Positions 59,988 through 64,000 of a stretch of 64,000 bases of DNA are shown one piece after another. Below the pieces are notes generated by a model. The model was given only the letters and a program-made list of their open reading frames with translations. It ran no database searches and was not told where the DNA came from. The stretch covers positions 177,508,001 through 177,572,000 of the forward strand of contig NC_058368.1 in the NCBI RefSeq assembly GCF_018350175.1. The letters are read 5' to 3'. Made by a program: the position numbers and the translations under genes. The number at the start of each line of letters is the position of its first letter. The first letter of the stretch is position 1. This stretch comes from Felis catus. Its lineage: Eukaryota.

Positions 59988-60242
59988 TGGCAACTAACTA
60001 GGCAAGCCTAGCCAGACTCGTCTGCAAGGCAAAGGACACACATCTTGTTCCCACTTAGGCAGACAAACTAGGAGGGCAAAGAGGGCCAGCTGGAGCAGTG
60101 CTATCTGAATTGTTCTGAGGCTCCAGACATAGCAATGACAATGATGATGGGGTGACCCAAGTTCCACTGTGTCGTCCCTGGATCTGAAACTCAGGGGAAG
60201 CTAGAGCTGTTGGGGCAGGGCGTGGGCACGCTCCTGGAGCCA

Positions 60243-60245
60243 TGT

Positions 60246-60282
<37 letters not shown>
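60243..60282 (+). repeat. (TG)n microsatellite with one interruption
   Basis: tgtgtgtgagtgtgtg... Confidence 0.95.
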
Positions 60283-60285
<3 letters not shown>

Positions 60286-60369
60286 GTGTGCACCTGTATA
60301 CCTCACTCAGTGTTGCCCAGGACGGCACCACACTCCAAACACTGCGCTTTTGGAAATGAAGAGTCTGTC

Positions 60370-61000
60370 TTTCAACAAATGCTTATTGGCTTGAGTCCCC
60401 ACTATGTGCCAAACACTCTTGAGGCACTAGGAATACAGCAGTGAGGCAGCAGTCAAGTGCCACACGGACCCTCATTCTAGTGGGGAGAGACAATAAACAA
60501 GTAAACCATTGAGTAAAGGAGAAAAGATATCAGGTGGTGAGAAAATCAAGCCAGGTGATATGGTACCTAGTGGAAAGAGTGGGAGCCAGTGAAGACTAAA
60601 GGGTCAGGACAGGCTGATCCTGACAATAATAGGCTAAGCTCCAAGCAGAGATACGTGCTACCACGGAGGAACTTAGTGTGTCTGGGGACCGTCAGGGGAC
60701 CCAAGTGGTGGAGCAGTACGTGAGGCATAGAGTCCAGGAGATGAGATTAGAGGGGGAGGTAGGAGCCAGGCCGGGGAAGCCTTGCAGGCCCTCGTGAAAA
60801 GTTCCAACTTCATTCTCAGGGCTATGGGAAGCCATTGAAGGTTGCAAACGGGGAAGTTCCATGATCACAGTTACTTTTCTTAACTCCCCCTGACTGTTCC
60901 ATGGCACGTGGGTCACAGAGGGCACGAGGAGAAACAGGAAGGACCAGGGTGGGGACCAGCATCAGAGGTCCAGGCAGCAAAGATGGTGGGCAGAGGCCAG
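60370..61000 (-). mobile_element. L2 3' region
   Basis: ttcaacaaatgcttattg...actatgtgccaaacactcttgaggcactaggaatacagcagtga...cattctagtggggagagacaataaacaagtaa...tgggaagccattgaagg. Confidence 0.8.
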
Positions 61001-61889
61001 CCTCATTTCTTAGCTCAGCCCCAGGCTCCGTGGGTCACCCCTCTTTGCACCTCTTGTGATGAATGGCACAGCACTGGGAACATACTCAGTAATCCTGGGA
61101 CTCAGAATGCTGAGCTTTGGAGTCAGACACTGGCCAGCGGCCCTCTGGCCTTGGGTGAATCATTCACCTTCTCTGAGCCTCTGCTTTCTCAACTGTGGCA
61201 TGAAGGTTACAAGCTTTCCTTAGAGCATGGCTGCAGCCACAGTACCCTCTATGGGGCCATGTCCCTGTTCTCCCTGCCTAGTCTGGGGCCCCACCTGGGG
61301 AGCTACATAGAAAACCTGGGTCTGTGTCCCTGGGAGGGTCTAAGGAGGGGCTAGACTACTGAGCCCAACTCTAGGGTCCACTGGATCATCCAAGATGAAA
61401 TCCATTGTCCCTTTTGGTCACTTTGGCCTTACCAGATCCCTCTGTCTCAATGGGGAAAGGGAAAGAAACAGGCCGGGTCAGGGCGGGAGCCAGCCCCTCT
61501 CTGAGAGACAGGGAAGGGGCCGGGTGGGGGAAGGTGGAGAATGTGACTCACTTGGTCAGCCACAGAGGATCCCAGGAGGAGTTGTTCAGGAAGTGGACCC
61601 ACCCTCCTGTTGTTTCAGTGAGGACATCTAGCCCAATCCTGCTCACATCCCAAACTCCCATACAGCGGGGAGGAGGAGGAGTTGAGCAAAGGGAATGGGG
61701 TCAATGGAAGGTTAAATGAGAACATACAGGGTCTTAGGGGGGTTAGGTTAGGCAATTCATCAGGTGTTGACGGACCTGTGAAGAGTCAGCCATCAGGGAT
61801 CAGTGAGGGGGTTCTTGGGGTAAGTGGGGAGTAAACAATCAGTGGAAGCCTTGGGGTGGTTGGAGAGGTCACTCAGAGGGCTGGGGTGA

Positions 61890-62243
61890 TCAGCAGAGAA
61901 GCAGACGTCCCTCAGCACTCGTTATGTCCTTGCACGTTGACCCAAAGGACACCCCCTGGAAGGCTTCCTATAAAGCCAGAGTACTGGGGAGTTAATACCT
62001 GTGGCGAGACCCCTCATCCAGTGGCTCCTGCCCCTCTGGTGGGCTGGGGCAGGTGTTCTACAGCATCTGGCAAGCTGGACCCTCAGTTGCCTGCATTGGT
62101 AACTGCACCCAATAGTGACCTCCTGCCCTTGCCTGTCTCATGATCCCAATCTACTTGCCAGTGCTTTCTGGAACCACCTTCCAAATAAACTACTTAGACT
62201 CATACCCCCATTTCAAAGTCTATAGTGAGGGAGCCGAACAAAG
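61890..62243 (+). mobile_element. ERVL LTR16-like solo LTR fragment
   Basis: ggggagttaatacc...ctcagttgcctgcattggtaactg...ccagtgctttctggaaccaccttccaaataaactactt matches the LTR16 3' end pattern. Confidence 0.7.
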
Positions 62244-62964
62244 AAAAGAGAGCATACAGAGGGGGTAGTTCTATGAAGTTGTAGGAGATCAGTGAGGGAG
62301 AGTGGCCAAGGTAGGAGGGAATAAATACTGGGAGGTGGGGGTCAGCCTTTGTGCTGGGGCTGATGCCATGACATGACCCTGGTACTGCGGTGGGGCTGTA
62401 TGGGCCAAGCCTTGCTCTTATCCCTCTCTTTACTCCTCTGTAGGGTGGAGCTCATCACCTGGGGGTGAGTGAGGATGAGGCCTGTGCTCAGGCCGTGCAG
62501 AGAGATCTCTTCCAGGACTAGAGTCATAGGGAGACCCCCAGGCCCAAGCCCCTTGCACCTCCCAACTTACAAGGCCCGGTTGGAGGAGTCTCGGAATTCC
62601 CCCTTAGTTTTCCAGACACTTTGGGTCTGGATGAGGGCCCCAAGTACCAAAGCCTTTGAACTGGGTTTAGTGGGTACTCAACAGAGGGTTCAGGAGAGCA
62701 GTAACTTTGCTGAGGGAGGCTGGACACTGCACTCAGGCAGAGAATGTCCAAGAAAATCCATTCCTTCCACGTGAAGGTACCAAGACTTCCTTTCTGCACG
62801 TCTCCCTTCTCAAATTCATTGATTCAGCGGATACTGATTGAGCACCTTTGGGGCACCCTAGATGTCAGGAGGGTCGTGCAGAGGACAAGGTAGGCATGAC
62901 CCTCACCTTCACTGGCTTTTCAGTTACAGAAATAAACTAGACTAGAAACAAGACAATAGGCGAG

Positions 62965-63261
62965 ATACTTTTGAAGGTACAAACTTGCAACACGTAGTAA
63001 ATACGCCCTAGAAATCTGACGCACAGTAGAGCGAATACAGATAACAGTATTGCATTACAGCTGTCAAACTTGCAAAGAGACTAGATCTTAATTATCCCAA
63101 CCACGAAAAAGAAATAATAATTATGTAATGTGAGAGAGGTGCAAATTATCACTACAGTGGCAAACATATCACAACATAGAAATGCATCAAATCAATATGT
63201 TGTACACCGTAAATGTGCACAATGTTATATGTCAAATATATTTCAGTTAAAAGAAAAAAAA
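62965..63261 (+). mobile_element. L1MA9/L1_Carn-type 3' end, 5'-truncated
   Basis: gaaggtacaaacttgcaac...aaacttgcaaagagactagatcttaatt...atcaaatcaatatgttgtacacc..aatgttatatgtcaaatatatttca plus A tail. Confidence 0.88.
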
Positions 63262-63530
63262 GACAAAGTAACAAATTGCAAATTGAGAAAATTACTACGA
63301 GAGAAACCAGATAACCGTTAGGAGTTAAAAGGGAAGCTCACTTTGAGTTTCTCTGATGTCCCTGTGATACCCCAGCTGAGACTCAAGGGAGAAGGAACCA
63401 GCTACAGAAACACAGTCTGCACAGAGAAGGCCCCTGTGCCCAGGGGTAATGGATTCAGTGGACGCACACTGAGCTGTCCCTGAGCCAGGCACGACTGCAT
63501 GGAGAGACTCCTTTAATCCTCATCACTTGA

Positions 63531-63752
63531 GGGGCGCCTGGGTGGCTCAGTGGGTTAAGCGTCCAACTTTAGCTCAGGTCATGATCTCACAGTCTGTGAG
63601 TTCGAGCCCCACGTCAAGCTCTGTGCTGACAGCTCAGAGCCTGGAGCCTGTTTTAGATTCTGTGTCTCCCTCTCTCTCTGCCCCTCCCCCGCTCATGCTC
63701 TGTCTCTCTCTGTCTCAAAAAGAAATAAAAACATTTTAAAAAATTTAAAAAA
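63531..63752 (+). mobile_element. Felid CAN-SINE inserted into a MIR
   Basis: Full element; TSD aatcctcatc. Confidence 0.97.
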
Positions 63753-63920
63753 AATCCTCATCCCTCGGGGAGGAACATGTTAGGATTCTCTTTCACAGAT
63801 GAGGAGACGGAGGCTCAGAGAGGACATGTTGCCCAAGGCCAACACAGCCAGTGAGTGGGGATGCAGGATTCCTATGCTGGTACACCTGGGTCCTGCCTTG
63901 AGGTCTTTGCCCGTGCCATT
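63753..63920 (-). mobile_element. MIR (continues upstream of the SINE at about 63470-63530)
   Basis: tttcacagatgaggagacggaggctcagagagg...ttgcccaaggccaacacagccagtgagtgg. Confidence 0.8.
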
Positions 63921-64000
63921 CTCTGAACAACATTCTACACCCTTCCTTCTCAGGTCCTGGCTAAATGCCACTCTCCCACCTCAGAAATCACCTCTTCCAG

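Noticed and set aside
2957..63739. Recurrent peptides such as GAWVAQSVKRPT...SLEPASDSVSPSLSAPP suggesting a gene family
   Set aside because: All are read-through translations of CAN-SINE copies.
1..64000. Prokaryotic-style systems (CRISPR arrays, operons, defence islands), numts or viral inserts
   Set aside because: No regularly spaced repeat-spacer array, dense long ORFs, or recognisable mitochondrial or viral coding sequence; the DNA reads as mammalian repeat-rich non-coding sequence throughout.

Overview
Mammalian genomic DNA from a felid (cat family), identified by 29 copies of the tRNA-derived carnivore SINE with felid-type (SINEC_Fc-like) sequence. I recognise no protein-coding exon. 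The ORF track is explained by SINE read-through, decayed L1 ORF2 pieces, microsatellites and chance, so the window looks intronic or intergenic. Two AT-rich blocks of nested L1 fragments (about 2.6-9.7 kb and 41.8-51.8 kb) alternate with GC-richer sequence carrying MIR, L2, MaLR/ERVL solo LTRs, hAT DNA-transposon relics and a few enhancer-like non-repeat segments. The most notable item is at 59012-59061: a roughly 30-nt piece of 28S rRNA with an A-rich tail between perfect 17-bp target-site duplications (TSDs), i.e. an apparent L1-mediated retrocopy of an rRNA fragment. It lies in a 1.5-kb insertion cluster that also shows target-site reuse by two SINEs and a G-rich purine tract grown at a SINE tail. 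Repeat subfamily names come from memory of consensus sequences and need RepeatMasker/Dfam confirmation. Boundaries of old repeats are approximate. I found no new multi-gene system.
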